A stretch of DNA of 58,908 bases, filler included, from Sphacelaria rigidula (GCA_964200075.2; 6 parts of 6 records of this genome joined end to end with filler, not necessarily neighbours in it); one strand, 5' to 3'. Counted from the whole stretch's first letter, positions 25,101-35,795 are shown. Notes: a model not told the origin generated them from the sequence alone. Translations and numbers: made by a program.

Positions 25101-27011
25101 GTCCAAACTCAGAAGTAGACAATGGATGCACATAACTTGATCAAGTGCGACATGAAGGAACGAGGGTCACCAAGAGACACAGACCCGCGATCGTTGAGCA
25201 CATATTTCCGTCTTGAGCGTCATCGTGGGAGCTTTATCTGGGATCTATCTCCTAGGTATGTATTCGGGACCTCATGTTCACTGGTCTTTCCATCCGGTAC
25301 GTCCATGTCTCCGCAAACGTGACCTTCTACCCGTGTGCGCTTGGCGAGATGCATATCGCTGACAGCGGGAGCTGACCCACATGGTTCCGTAGCGCGCACT
25401 ACACCGCGCTTTCACTAGCGCTCACGCTGTACACGATATCGCGTGACAGAGTCAAGATTTCGTACTCTTTGGAGCTATCGCACTGTAGCGAGACTAATGA
25501 TTTTTTCCCGGAGATGTACAACGACACAATATTTTGCATACGGTATTTCCCTGCGGAACATTGAGCAACCGGAATGTATCCCGAAATCAATATCAAAAGT
25601 GTAGGAAATAGCTTGTACCACCTTGAGCAGCATCTTGACGTGGCTCGTTCGGGTAACAATTTGGTGGAAATGCTTCTCCCCTACTTGGCATGGGTACTTC
25701 CCACTAATGGACCGATTGGTCAAATTGAATCATGTTCGTACGTGGAGGGCTTCGTCCTGTGGAGTGAACGTGCCGTCACTGTTAACCAACTCAAGTTTGA
25801 ATATCTGAGTACATCACACTAGTTTACCTACTAGAAACGCGTTTTTGGCAAATTTGAAAGAAACCAAAGGCTATCGGTGATCTTTGCTTCCGCATTTAAT
25901 TGATTTAGCCGCTGCAGCGCCTAGCATGAATAACCCATTCGTACGAATTTTGGTAGCCATGCCGTAATCTCGTCCCTCTGTAGCTTTCGTTGAACAGGTA
26001 CCCCGCCCCGGCTCTGTCCCTTCCCAACCCTGCCTCCGTCCTTACCTTCAACGGTGTTAGCAAAAGAAAGAAGATGAATACAGTGCGAACGGTTGCTGCA
26101 AGGATTTCACGCAGCCCTGTCCTGTCTCGAAACGTTGGCCCGGCTCGCTGAGGGACGAACTTGGCCGGAACCGCCCAGACGACTACGGGCCGGGGGGGCT
26201 GTACTGGCCGTATGGCGGCTCCGGTGCCTTTCTCAGTGTCGGATTAATGAATGCTCTCGGGGGAGCTGAAGGGCTTATGGATTGCGCGGAACGGCTTAGC
26301 CAAAACACCGACGTTCTGGTGCGTGTTGAAGGCTGTGGGGACGCCGAGAGAGGGTGTGGGGGGCGCTGTGTTTGAGGGTATTTGTGACGGGTTGACTCAT
26401 AACAGACGAACGAAGTGATCTACCGAGGCAATACTTTGCTGTCAATGAAGGGACTAGTCTACCGGGGTTGTGCAGAAGGGGCTCGAACAAAATGGGTATG
26501 TGAACTTGGGATGTTGAAGCGATCCAACCATGACACCCTAGAGCAGCATGTGTGCGACTGTGCCCGTGAATTCAGTGGGATCTTCAGTGTTCGCGGCATA
26601 GCGACTATGCAAGCAATGGTAAGGAAAAAGCCCCAATATTCCTATGGTCGTCGTTTTTTAAACGATTTAATTCACGTTACAAAAAGCTAAACAGATAATC
26701 AAACGGACGTCGGCATGCTTCCGAATACAACACGCGTGAGCGTTTTGCAATTTTTCATGACCGAGTTTCACAAAGGGAGCCGCCCACATCGAACACTCGT
26801 TGGTTGCGTTCTCAATTTTTTCTGTCTCACGCACTGTACATACAAGGCGTCAGTCCTTTGCTCCCCCCTCCCTCTCCCCATGGTAAATCAGGTGGGTATG
26901 TGCATGAAGGGGTATGGATATGCTGTTGGCGATTATAGGCGCGGTTTTGTTAAGCACGCGAGAAGCCTGGAACCGGAGTCCATCGGGGGCATGGTGCTAT
27001 CGGATTGCCAG
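22191..27011 (+). CDS. Fringe-like / GT31 glycosyltransferase, partial multi-exon model. Exons seen: 22191-22484, 23796-23897, 24246-24356, 24897-25034?, 26061-26318, 26892-27011; 3' end unresolved
   Basis: N-terminal hydrophobic anchor; RILTVLTT; IFVVSDEDDEDL; DxD motif in FDWIALGDDDTFF; YWPYGGSGAFLSVGLM; NTDVL|VGMCM. The order of these motifs matches Fringe/GT31. Most exons have canonical AG/GT ends. Confidence 0.8.
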
Positions 27012-29233
27012 GTGAAAAACATTCCCGCTCGCTTGGGCGTACATCTTCCAGGGCTTCATTTTTGCGTCTACGCACGACCGCGGCGGACGATGCTGCGTGT
27101 CTATCCATTCAGATGTAGCAGTGGAGCCACACCAGTCGGCACTCCGCTCGTCTTTGTTTCTTGTATGGTACGGCACGGTACATGAGTTTTGCTGTTCCTC
27201 CGTCGGAGACCGAGCGCGGTCTCTACAAAGTACCGTACGGTACGGGTGGCATTTTTTACCTCGGGTTTCAGAGTACGTTAGGGCGCGGGATGGCTGCGGC
27301 AACTACATGGTGAAAGTGAATCATTGCGGTGACATGTCTCGAACAGCTCGGCATCCTACCGCGGGAAATCGTTGTTTTTCAGTGTTCCCGACGCGTGCCT
27401 TTACTTTCAGGGCTAGATCTATTCAATTTCGTGGTGTGATGTACTAAATGGGTTGCGAACTCGACATGTATTAGCGGTAGCTCATAAATTTCTGCTTCGT
27501 ATTTTTTATCTGATGAAGTGTACAAATACGCACGTACAATTTCATTCGAGACTAAACAAATTACAAGACCATTTTGGGAAACATCGAGGTTGCCCAACTC
27601 ACGACACCGGACCCGACAGTAGAGACTCTCCTTAATCAAGCAATCGCCGCTGTCTACAGTAGTGCAGTCTTCAGACTAAACCCAGTATCGTCAAAACATA
27701 CACTCGAGGTGGTCTCTCCAAAAGCGGGCACAGGCAACCGTGCTCAACCAGCTGAGTCCGACACCCCACCACCCCGCCAGCTCCTCCATTTTGCCGGTCG
27801 TCACTTACTTTGGGCGCTTGTCTTGCTCCTAGGGTTGATATAAATCGAACAACGAAAAAGGGTCAAGAGGGCAGACATATATATTTCGTTCATGGATCAT
27901 GTGTTTCTCGTATTTAGCTCCTTAGTAAACGTATAATCCCGATCCCCAATGTGCTGTTACAAACTAAGTGCTGGAAACGTATACTTCGTATATGGTTTGA
28001 AAAGAGTCGGATCTCGCTTTATACGAGTAGGGAGTTTACAAATGAACGTGTATCTTTACAACCGCTATACTGAAAACGAATGATACAAGATATTCCTGGG
28101 AGTTAAACCGCAGTCTGAGACGATGAGGTACCCAGTTCAGATTTGAGGCACACGCAGCCCGCTTGACATTTCCCATGGTGTTTATTCCTACGATACGGAT
28201 ACTTGACGGTATCCGCACGGCACGGTATACATGAGCTGTGCCAAATTACGTGGGACGCGGGATAAGTTGTAACGTATGACACCGTATGCCAAGGATGCGC
28301 GATACGGTTTTCAAGTTGTATAGAAGCTGTGATTTGCGATTTCGTGACACTGTACGGTACTGGATGTGGTCGGAACCACGGGAAGGTAACATATACCGCA
28401 CTACGTTGCGGGAAAAGTACCGCGAAAACGAAGTCGCGGAGAGGATGCTAACAATTTCCATCTAGATGTACTGCGTTGCCACGCATGTCTGTACGTAGAG
28501 TCTCTAAAGGTTTTACGTTCAGATACTAGACAAGGTTCCCTAGCTATATTATTAACTTGAAAAATTCCATTCTCCTCAATGAGCCACAACCGACGGTGTA
28601 CAAACCGATACCCCCTGCGGTACCAGTGTGATGGAAATAATGGTTTTGCCCTGAAATAAGGCTCAAATGTAATTCAAAATAAAGCCTCAGTCGATCACAC
28701 AGAAGCAGCGGCTTGGGTCGCGTTGTGCTTACTTCTCCCCTGGCCCCACAGTGGATGTATACATAGCCCAAGTCGATTTCAGGCAGTGGGAGAGAGCAAG
28801 CATGTTGTACAATACAAGCAAGCCTTCACCACATTCAAAGCGTACCAGTCGGCACTAGGCTAGGTCATACAACTAGTTCTACAACGGGTTCTACCGGGTT
28901 CTGGCTGATCGCTTGGCTAGGTATTAAGTTTAGTTGTCAGGGTGTGAAGCGTTTCGACAGAAGTAATCATGCGCATAGATCCCATCTGGAGAAGCGATGA
29001 TTTTTATCGTTTCCTTTCCACAAGATACATGAGCGGATTCTCTCGGAATCCTGCCTTCGAAAAAACATGAAAATGTCAGAAAGTTTGCGTTACGTGTAGT
29101 CGGGGCCGCCGCGGTCGATTTTGTGTATATTGTGCCGTATCATACGAGACTGAGGCCAACGGAGTGCTGCGCAATGGCTACAACAGCGATCGGTACTGAC
29201 ATTTCGACTACGTCCCACAATCGTGTTGTGATC

Positions 29234-29400
29234 AGTGTTGCATATCGGACCGAGAATAAAGTTCGATAGATATTTTTAGAATATCGAACCACAACCGCCG
29301 ATATCGATATTTTTGTCGATATTCCGAAAATGACACGATACGTATCGAATATCGATATTCGATACGATATGGCTGTTTTCGTATGGCCGCAGTGTACAAG
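29234..29400. mobile_element. End of a hAT-like non-autonomous element (CAGTGTTG terminus, TATCGA subterminal repeats), cut by the contig end
   Basis: Aligns to the reverse complement of 44640-44803 and begins cagtgttg, like 43109. Confidence 0.7.
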
Positions 29401-29406
29401 ACCGAG

Positions 29407-29506
29407 NNNNNNNNNNNNNNNNNNNNNNNNNNNNNNNNNNNNNNNNNNNNTTAATTAATTAANNNNNNNNNNNNNNNNNNNNNNNNNNNNNNNNNNNNNN
29501 NNNNNN
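29407..29506. other. Artificial contig linker
   Basis: Same structure. Confidence 0.98.
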
Positions 29507-29810
29507 CACCTTTGTTCACGTCTCGCATTTCCCCCTCCAGCACGTCCCATTCCTCCTTGTATAGTTGACATACTACCACTATATGACTTTTGCTCTCTAC
29601 TGCTTCGCCACAGAGGCAGTTCTGTTCATCTCCTTCCTCGCCCACACGACGACTGGTATATCTCCTTTTTCTTTCTGGCAGGTCCAGGTCCCCCACCCGG
29701 AATCGCAGTTTCATATTTTTTGCAGCGTCCATTGGGTCATGCAAATATGCTTTCATCCCTATACCCTCTCTCAACCACCCGTATATCTTGAGGTGATCTT
29801 CCTCGTCTAC
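29507..29810 (-). mobile_element. 5'-truncated LINE fragment (ORF2 C-terminus) abutting the Gypsy protease region
   Basis: EEDHLKIYGWLREGIGMKAYLHDPMDAAKNMKLRFRVGDLDLPERK...NCLCGEAVESKSHIVVVCQLY contains a CxC..H..C zinc knuckle. Homologous to ~40030-40320. Confidence 0.85.
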
Positions 29811-30771
29811 TTTCGTCTGATTCCGATCATATCTCTTACTTTTGAAGGGAGGGGAGTTATGCGTCGAAACAGCGATGGAGGTCGTTGGTTACATGGGGAA
29901 ACATAACAAACAAGTTTCAATGACAGGGAGCTGGATTCTTGAGGGCCGTGAACCCTAGTTACAGTGGATACCTCCGATGAAGATCCTAGGGTCAGCGGTG
30001 ATTCCGATTTATTTGTTTCCACCCGGAAGATAGAGTAAGGAAGGTATGGGTCAGGGTGGTCGATGGATTACCATACGGATTCATGTTGGAAGCAATTTCT
30101 CCAAGAGAAACAACAGCACGTTATTTTTTGAAGGGCAATCGGGATTTCGGCCTCCGCCGGAGGTACCGTGGGTAAGGTTCGTGTCTAACGGTTCACCAAA
30201 CTCGGAGCTGTTGACACCGACCACCTCACCAGCCAAGGAGATTCGGCAGGGTGGGAAATCTTCTGTGCTGTCAAGCCAAGCGCGCCCAGTGACGATCCGA
30301 TGGGGATGTTGTCCGATGAGAGCGATCTGGCAGCATAGGATGAGGTGTGGAAAAGTCTCGGAGTGGCGTGGGAGGACGATGCTATGCTTCAGTGGTTGCT
30401 ACATCTGACGGAGGACGTGAGGTTAGAAGGGATCGTTAGCGAGTTAGCCCCAGGCTACATACGAGGGTCTCAACCGCAGGAGCGACAACTCGTGTTGATC
30501 GAACCTCGGAAGGCGTTCGATTTAGATAAAGAGGCAGAAATAGGGGTAGCCAGAGGGGTGCAGTGGTGGGATCCACTTTTACCATTAGTACGTAAGGTGG
30601 TCAACACCGCCAAGAGTGCTCGCCTAGTAATATGGTAGTGGCAAAGGTCGTGGCCATGAATGTTCGAGATCGTGAACGGTTGCAGAGTCTGTTCTTTTCC
30701 GACTCGGGCACAACGCTTAAGCAGAAGCTGGAGGAGGGAGGGACTGCGTCGGCTCCTCCCCAACAGTTGTC

Positions 30772-30838
30772 CGTCTCGAAAGGGATGCGTGGTCAATGGT
30801 CAAATGACTAAGGCAAGCAACAAATGAGTACGCCCCCC
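30772..30838 (+). mobile_element. Extremely 5'-truncated LINE 3' end inserted in the Gypsy pol, with a 14-bp TSD
   Basis: ccccaacagttgtc at 30758-30771 and 30839-30852 flanks cgtctcgaaagggatgcgtggtcaatggtcaaatgactaaggcaagcaacaaatgagtacg plus a C-run. Confidence 0.92.
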
Positions 30839-32580
30839 CCCCAACAGTTGTCGGAGTCGTCGGAAGTGAGGGACACGGCTGAGCCCACAGGAGTGGATCT
30901 CACGGAGGCGAACATCGGTCAGTTGAGTCCAGCGCAGAAGGTCCAGCTGCTATCTTTGTTACGCAACTTCAACGAAGCACTTCTTTTTGCGGTGGATCCT
31001 GAGCGAGTGAAGGCCGCCCGTGGAGAACCGTTGTGTCTATAGCTTTAAGACCCCAGGTGTCGGCTATTTACTGCCAGCATTAGGCGGTACTCGCCAAAAA
31101 ACAAGACGGCTATTCAAGACGAGGTCTAGAAGCTCGTGGAGTCGGGGATCATCGAATCGCCGACGTCAGCATGGGCGGCTGCTTGCGTCATGGTGTGGGA
31201 GAAGGACGGTAGTTTTTGTTTGTGTCAGGATTGTCGTGGAGTGAACGAGCTTCTCGAGCCATACAGCGGCGGTTTGGGGGATATATAGACCATGTATAGT
31301 GGGATAGCAGGATCCAAGTACTTCAAGAGTGTTGATTTAGCGAGTGTTTTTTTTCAGTTGGAGGTGGCAAAAGAGGGTCGACACCTAGCAGCTTTTCGCG
31401 ATGCGAAGGGGCACTTATGGCAATATCAACATGGCGGATTCTGACTCAAGGCATTACCAGCAACGTACAACCAAACAGTATCCGAAGCGTTTTTACCGGC
31501 GAGGGGTGTCAAGAATTGGTTGGACGACATCTTGTGGCCTAGTGCGACATTCGCCAGTCACATGACGGGGTCGAGAGTCGTGCTGCATTGCTTGTTGATC
31601 GATTTCCAAAATCACAATGGTATACCAAACAACAAGACGTCGTGGAGATGACGATCGATGCTTCGGGGATACGACCTTCGCAGTCTAAGATCGAAGCCAT
31701 CGCTCAGTTGAGGGAACCACAGAGGGCGGAGGAGCTAAAATCGTTTCTGGGTATGACCGGATATCCTCGGCGATATATAAAGGGGTACAGTAATACAGCG
31801 GCGCCGCTCACGGATGCTTTGCGAGACAAGCGGTTCGCCACCAAGCGGGCGCGGAGGATGACCATTCCGTGGGGGATCCAGCAGCGACAAGCATTCGTTG
31901 GCTTGGAGGGTGCTGTGATGTCGTATCAATCTTGGTGATCCAGGTTAGACTGAGCGATTCGTGCCACACTCCGACGCCTTAGAGTACGGGGCAGGGGCTG
32001 CCCTGGCTCAGGAGGCGGACGAGAGGGAACTGATCATCGAGTACGCTAGTCATAGATAGTCTCGAGCAGACGAAGATAGGTCGGCAACAGAGAGAGAGGT
32101 AGTTGCTATTTTGTGGTCAGTAGATCGATGTAGATAGTATATATAGGGGCGAGGGTTTACGCTGTTGACGGATTATTGTGCGTTGACATGGCTGTTTCGC
32201 AGTCAAACCTTGTCGCCTAAGTTCCACCGGTGGGCGCTGAGGTTGATAGAGTATGACATGGCCCTCAAGTAGAGAGCTAGACACGGACACCAGCTGCGGA
32301 TGCCTTGTCCCGGCTGCAAGGAAGCCAAGACAGGGGAAGCGACATTGATGTGTCATTCCCTGACGATAACACGGAAATCGGACCAGTCGGAAAGGGAGGA
32401 CCGCAAGGACCTAAACTGGACGGAATGCTACTGAAGGAACTGGAGGCTGAGTATCCGGAAGAAACTGCGAACGTCACGGCATTGGCGTTGGCGGAGGTCA
32501 GCGCGTTGTACCCACCGGAACCGGGGGACGCGGTTACCCTTGACTCTGAGCATCCAATGCCAGGGCCGGTGAAGCAATGG

Positions 32581-33470
32581 CCCACAGCTCTGATTGTCCA
32601 TTGTGGGGGTGGAGGAAGTACTCTGACTGCCGAGGAGTCCTTGGAGGTGATAGCGGCCACTGATGCGAACGGGAAGGCGTTGGATTGTGTTAAAGTAAAC
32701 CAGATTGGGAAGGGAGTCAGGCTGGCACGTGCGAGTCCGAGGCGCCGTTCTTTCCACCATCTTGTGGAAAAAGTGTAACCAGAAGTGTTGATAGGGGATA
32801 CAAGTAGGGTTGCCTCCATTGAGCGGGGTGCGCAGGAGCCGGAAAAAGCCGGTGTTGTCAAAGAGTTGGTCGAGTCATTCCTCTCTTCAATCTCGGTGAT
32901 AACTCTGATCTTGAAGAGTACTGCTGTAATGGTGAGCTCTCCGGGTTGGAAGGAGCGTGTGCTCCGTTGTTGAGCGGAGCTGGTTGTTTCACCCAGCAGG
33001 CTTTAGTCTCCGCCGTATAGGTGGGCGCCCCATATCGGACGAGACTGGCCTATGTGGTCGATTCGAAAGCTGATTGTCAGAGGGAAGGGCAACTGCGAGC
33101 GTGGAAGCAGCGAGTGGAAGCGTACGCCGTTGCCTGCCCCACGTTAGGTCAGCTGTTGGGGCGGACCGGCACACATTTTCTGTAACCGACGGGATAAGGC
33201 AAGTCTATTCACATTTTTAAGGATCCGATACCCAGCTTATCTCGTTCCTGGCTGAAGAAAGGGGAACCAAGGCGCGACGAATTCAAATCCCGCAGGACAG
33301 ACGCAGGGAGGTGGGAGGAAGCAGTCGAGCTGGGAAGGGTTGATCTCGTCAGAGTTGCGATCACCCTCGACCGTTAGGAGACACCACCCACGGGGAATAA
33401 CGACGCTATGCCAGAGATTGTGGCTAGTTTCGTTCACCCGTGGATGACGAAGGCGATTGTATCAAGCTTG
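32581..33470 (+). pseudogene. C5 cytosine DNA methyltransferase-like domain within Gypsy pol (degenerate, catalytic residues absent)
   Basis: Motif-like segments in canonical order: I ALIVHCGGGGS; II VIAATD..KALDCVKVN; IV PEVLIGD; VI LILKST; VII-VIII LLSGAGCFTQQALVSAV*VGAPYRTRLAYVV; IX ELGRVDLVRVA; X IVASFVHPWMTKAIVSSL. One frameshift near 32965, then the same frame as the integrase ORF. Recognised by eye, not by HMM. Confidence 0.72.
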
Positions 33471-33521
33471 GAGGCGAGAGGTTTGTTGAGCATGACTTAG
33501 ATTCAGGGTGAGGATGAGGGT

Positions 33522-35090
33522 TTGAGGGCGCTCGCAGCGATATGGCCGTGTGATGGAGCAGAGTTACCAGAAGCTTGGGGAGCCGCCGTAATCCGATCGT
33601 CGGTGAAAGAGGTCAAACATAAGTTAGACCAGAACCCTGCTGGGGGGGAGGCTTCAACTGAGGAGCCACGGATGTCAGGTAAAGGTAACCCTCAGACCGT
33701 TCTCGCGCAGGCGCGAGCAATCTCGATGGATAAGCCGCGACTAGTCTTACTGCAAGAGTGGGACTCCCGGCTTGGGCTCATCAGGGATAAGTCAATGGAA
33801 GAGCAAAAGGATGAAGGAACTGATAAGGGGAAGAAGACGTACGTTCTAGATAAGGATGGTCTTTTATGGTATACCTCATCTAGGGCGCCAGCTAAGTTAG
33901 CTATTCCACGTAGTCTAGTGTCTGACTTGCTAGCGTTGGTGCACACTACGCAGGGGCACGCCGGAGTAATGAGAACGACTGAAGTGGTCAACGCACGTTA
34001 TGAGTGGTCCGGTCTTTTCGCCGATACTCGCAGAGACGTGCTGTCTTGTTGGTGTCACCGACGCAAGCGTACTAATTGTCACACCATAGCGATGCAATCC
34101 GCCCGATTCTTGCGGCCATGGGAGGTGACAGAGATGGACATATCGGACATGAAGCAAGTTTCTACCTCGGGTAATAGATACTTGTTGGTCGTTGTCGATC
34201 AAGCGACCAAATTTCTTTTTGCCTTCCCACTGGCCACCAAGGTCACTGAACCCGTAGCCAAGTGTCTGCTAAAGCTCTTCTTGACGTTCGAAATACTCTA
34301 TTTCCTTAGAAGTGACGCTGGGGGGAAGTTCACCTCGGACGTAGTAAACCATGTATGCCAGGGGATAAAGGTGAAACTGGATCATGGTGCAGCAGATCAC
34401 GCTCGCGGTCAGGGCGCGGTGGAAAGGTACGGAGGGTGGTTGCACGACGTTTTAGCCGAGTTATGTAAGGAGTGGCCGGAAACGCGGGATGAGTTTGTAG
34501 ATCCCGCTGTATGCATTCACCGTACTACTCACGATCCGTCACTGCCTAGCAACCCGACGCCGTTCAAGCTGCTTTTTGGGGTCGAGCCTCGCACCCAAAT
34601 CGACGCTGTGTCACCTGAAGCGGCATCCCTACCGTTGAATAACACGGTAGAACAACAACGACATAATCTGAAGGAGGCTCACGGGCTATTCACCCAACGT
34701 CATAGGCAAAGGGAAGAGGAGATATCAGCTAGAAATGCCGAGATGACTCGCCAGTCGGCAGGATCGCCAGCTCAGGTAGGAGATCTGATGCTAGTCAAAG
34801 AGTCCGACAGCTCCCTTCTGAACGAAGATGTACCGGCCAAACTAGTACACGATTTGTGGACTGGACCGTGGACGGTGCAGAAAGTGGTGATACCAGGTCT
34901 CAGCCTTAAGGTCAGAAGGCAAAGGCATGAAGCACGAAAACGAACGGTGTCTGCATCCAACGTGAAGAAATTTCATGTGCGTCCAGAACAGCTGCGGCAC
35001 TCACTCCCAGATGAGTACTCTCAGTTAGCTTGGGGGCTGATTTTGGGGTTGGCTGATGATATCACGCCCGCACCACTACTGTACACCTGA
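33522..35090 (+). CDS. Gypsy integrase region (522-codon open segment of the decayed pol)
   Basis: Zinc-binding LVHTTQGHAG...VLSCWCHRRK; DDE core EMDI / RSDAG / GAVER; GNRYLLVVVDQATKF; TPFKLLFG; GPY/F-like LWTGPWTV. Confidence 0.93.
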   Translation: MRALAAIWPCDGAELPEAWGAAVIRSSVKEVKHKLDQNPAGGEASTEEPRMSGKGNPQTVLAQARAISMDKPRLVLLQEWDSRLGLIRDKSMEEQKDEGTDKGKKTYVLDKDGLLWYTSSRAPAKLAIPRSLVSDLLALVHTTQGHAGVMRTTEVVNARYEWSGLFADTRRDVLSCWCHRRKRTNCHTIAMQSARFLRPWEVTEMDISDMKQVSTSGNRYLLVVVDQATKFLFAFPLATKVTEPVAKCLLKLFLTFEILYFLRSDAGGKFTSDVVNHVCQGIKVKLDHGAADHARGQGAVERYGGWLHDVLAELCKEWPETRDEFVDPAVCIHRTTHDPSLPSNPTPFKLLFGVEPRTQIDAVSPEAASLPLNNTVEQQRHNLKEAHGLFTQRHRQREEEISARNAEMTRQSAGSPAQVGDLMLVKESDSSLLNEDVPAKLVHDLWTGPWTVQKVVIPGLSLKVRRQRHEARKRTVSASNVKKFHVRPEQLRHSLPDEYSQLAWGLILGLADDITPAPLLYT

Positions 35091-35489
35091 ATGGATAGAA
35101 AAGTAGTGCTACGCTCAGGATCATCGTGGATGTGAGAATATCGGGGGTTATTTCACGACGGAGCCGAGTCACACTGGCTTTTAGAGGAGGAGGTTTTGAG
35201 CAGTTTCACTCGGTTGCAGTTGGACGGTTTTCATGCCTTGTGGCAATAATATCACCCGCAGACCAGGCCACGTCCATCTGTTACACCATCTCGAGCAGAA
35301 AGTGACTCGATTGCTCGGGATGAAGCGTTACGGCAGATTCCCAGAAGTACCAAGATCCGTAAACGGTATGCGGACTGCCAAGGTGAGCAACAGGAGTTCG
35401 ACGGGGTGGTTTTCGATTTCCGTCAACCGTATTACCGTATCAAGTATGAGGATGGGGACTGGGAGGAGATGACGCAGTTACAGGTATGA
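35073..35489 (+). pseudogene. Integrase C-terminal chromodomain-like plus Tudor-like modules (same frame, interrupted by stops)
   Basis: LYT*MDRKVV....WM*EYRGLFHDGAESHWLLEEEV is chromo-like. TKIRKRY......EFDGVVFDFRQPYYRIKYEDGDWEEM is Tudor-like (Y.I.YEDGD.EE). Terminal TGA at 35487-35489. Confidence 0.72.
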
Positions 35490-35550
35490 AAATGCACGGT
35501 GGATGCAAGAGGTGCCGGAACAGTTCCCGGGTCAAACTGAATGAAGAAAG

Positions 35551-35795
35551 GGGATCGTTCCTGTACGGTGTTTAGATTCCCTACGTGGTCTAACCCGGCA
35601 GAGTGATCAACAAGATCGAGAACTTCTTCGGACTGAATGGGATCGTTTTTGCACGGTTTTCATGTTCCCGACGTGGTCTAACCCGGCAGAGCGGTCAACA
35701 AGACCGAGAACTTCTCCGGGGTGGATGGGGTCGTTCCTGTACGGTGTTTGAATTCCCGACGTGGCCTAACCCGGCAGAACGCTTACCAAGATCGA
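35551..35795 (+). repeat. 88-bp tandem repeat (~2.8 copies) in the Gypsy 3' untranslated region
   Basis: Units start at 35551, 35639 and 35727 and share ggg(a/g)tcgtt..tg(t/c)acggt...acgtgg(t/c)ctaacccggcaga...caaga(t/c)cga. Confidence 0.88.

Noticed and set aside
31000-35489. RIP-like or methylation-driven hypermutation of the Gypsy copy
   Set aside because: Several stops fit C>T or G>A changes (e.g. TGG>TAG/TGA), but others do not. Without a family consensus this cannot be told apart from ordinary decay.
35551-35795. CRISPR-like array
   Set aside because: Whole 88-bp units are homologous with no unique spacers, there are no cas genes, and the context is a eukaryotic retrotransposon.
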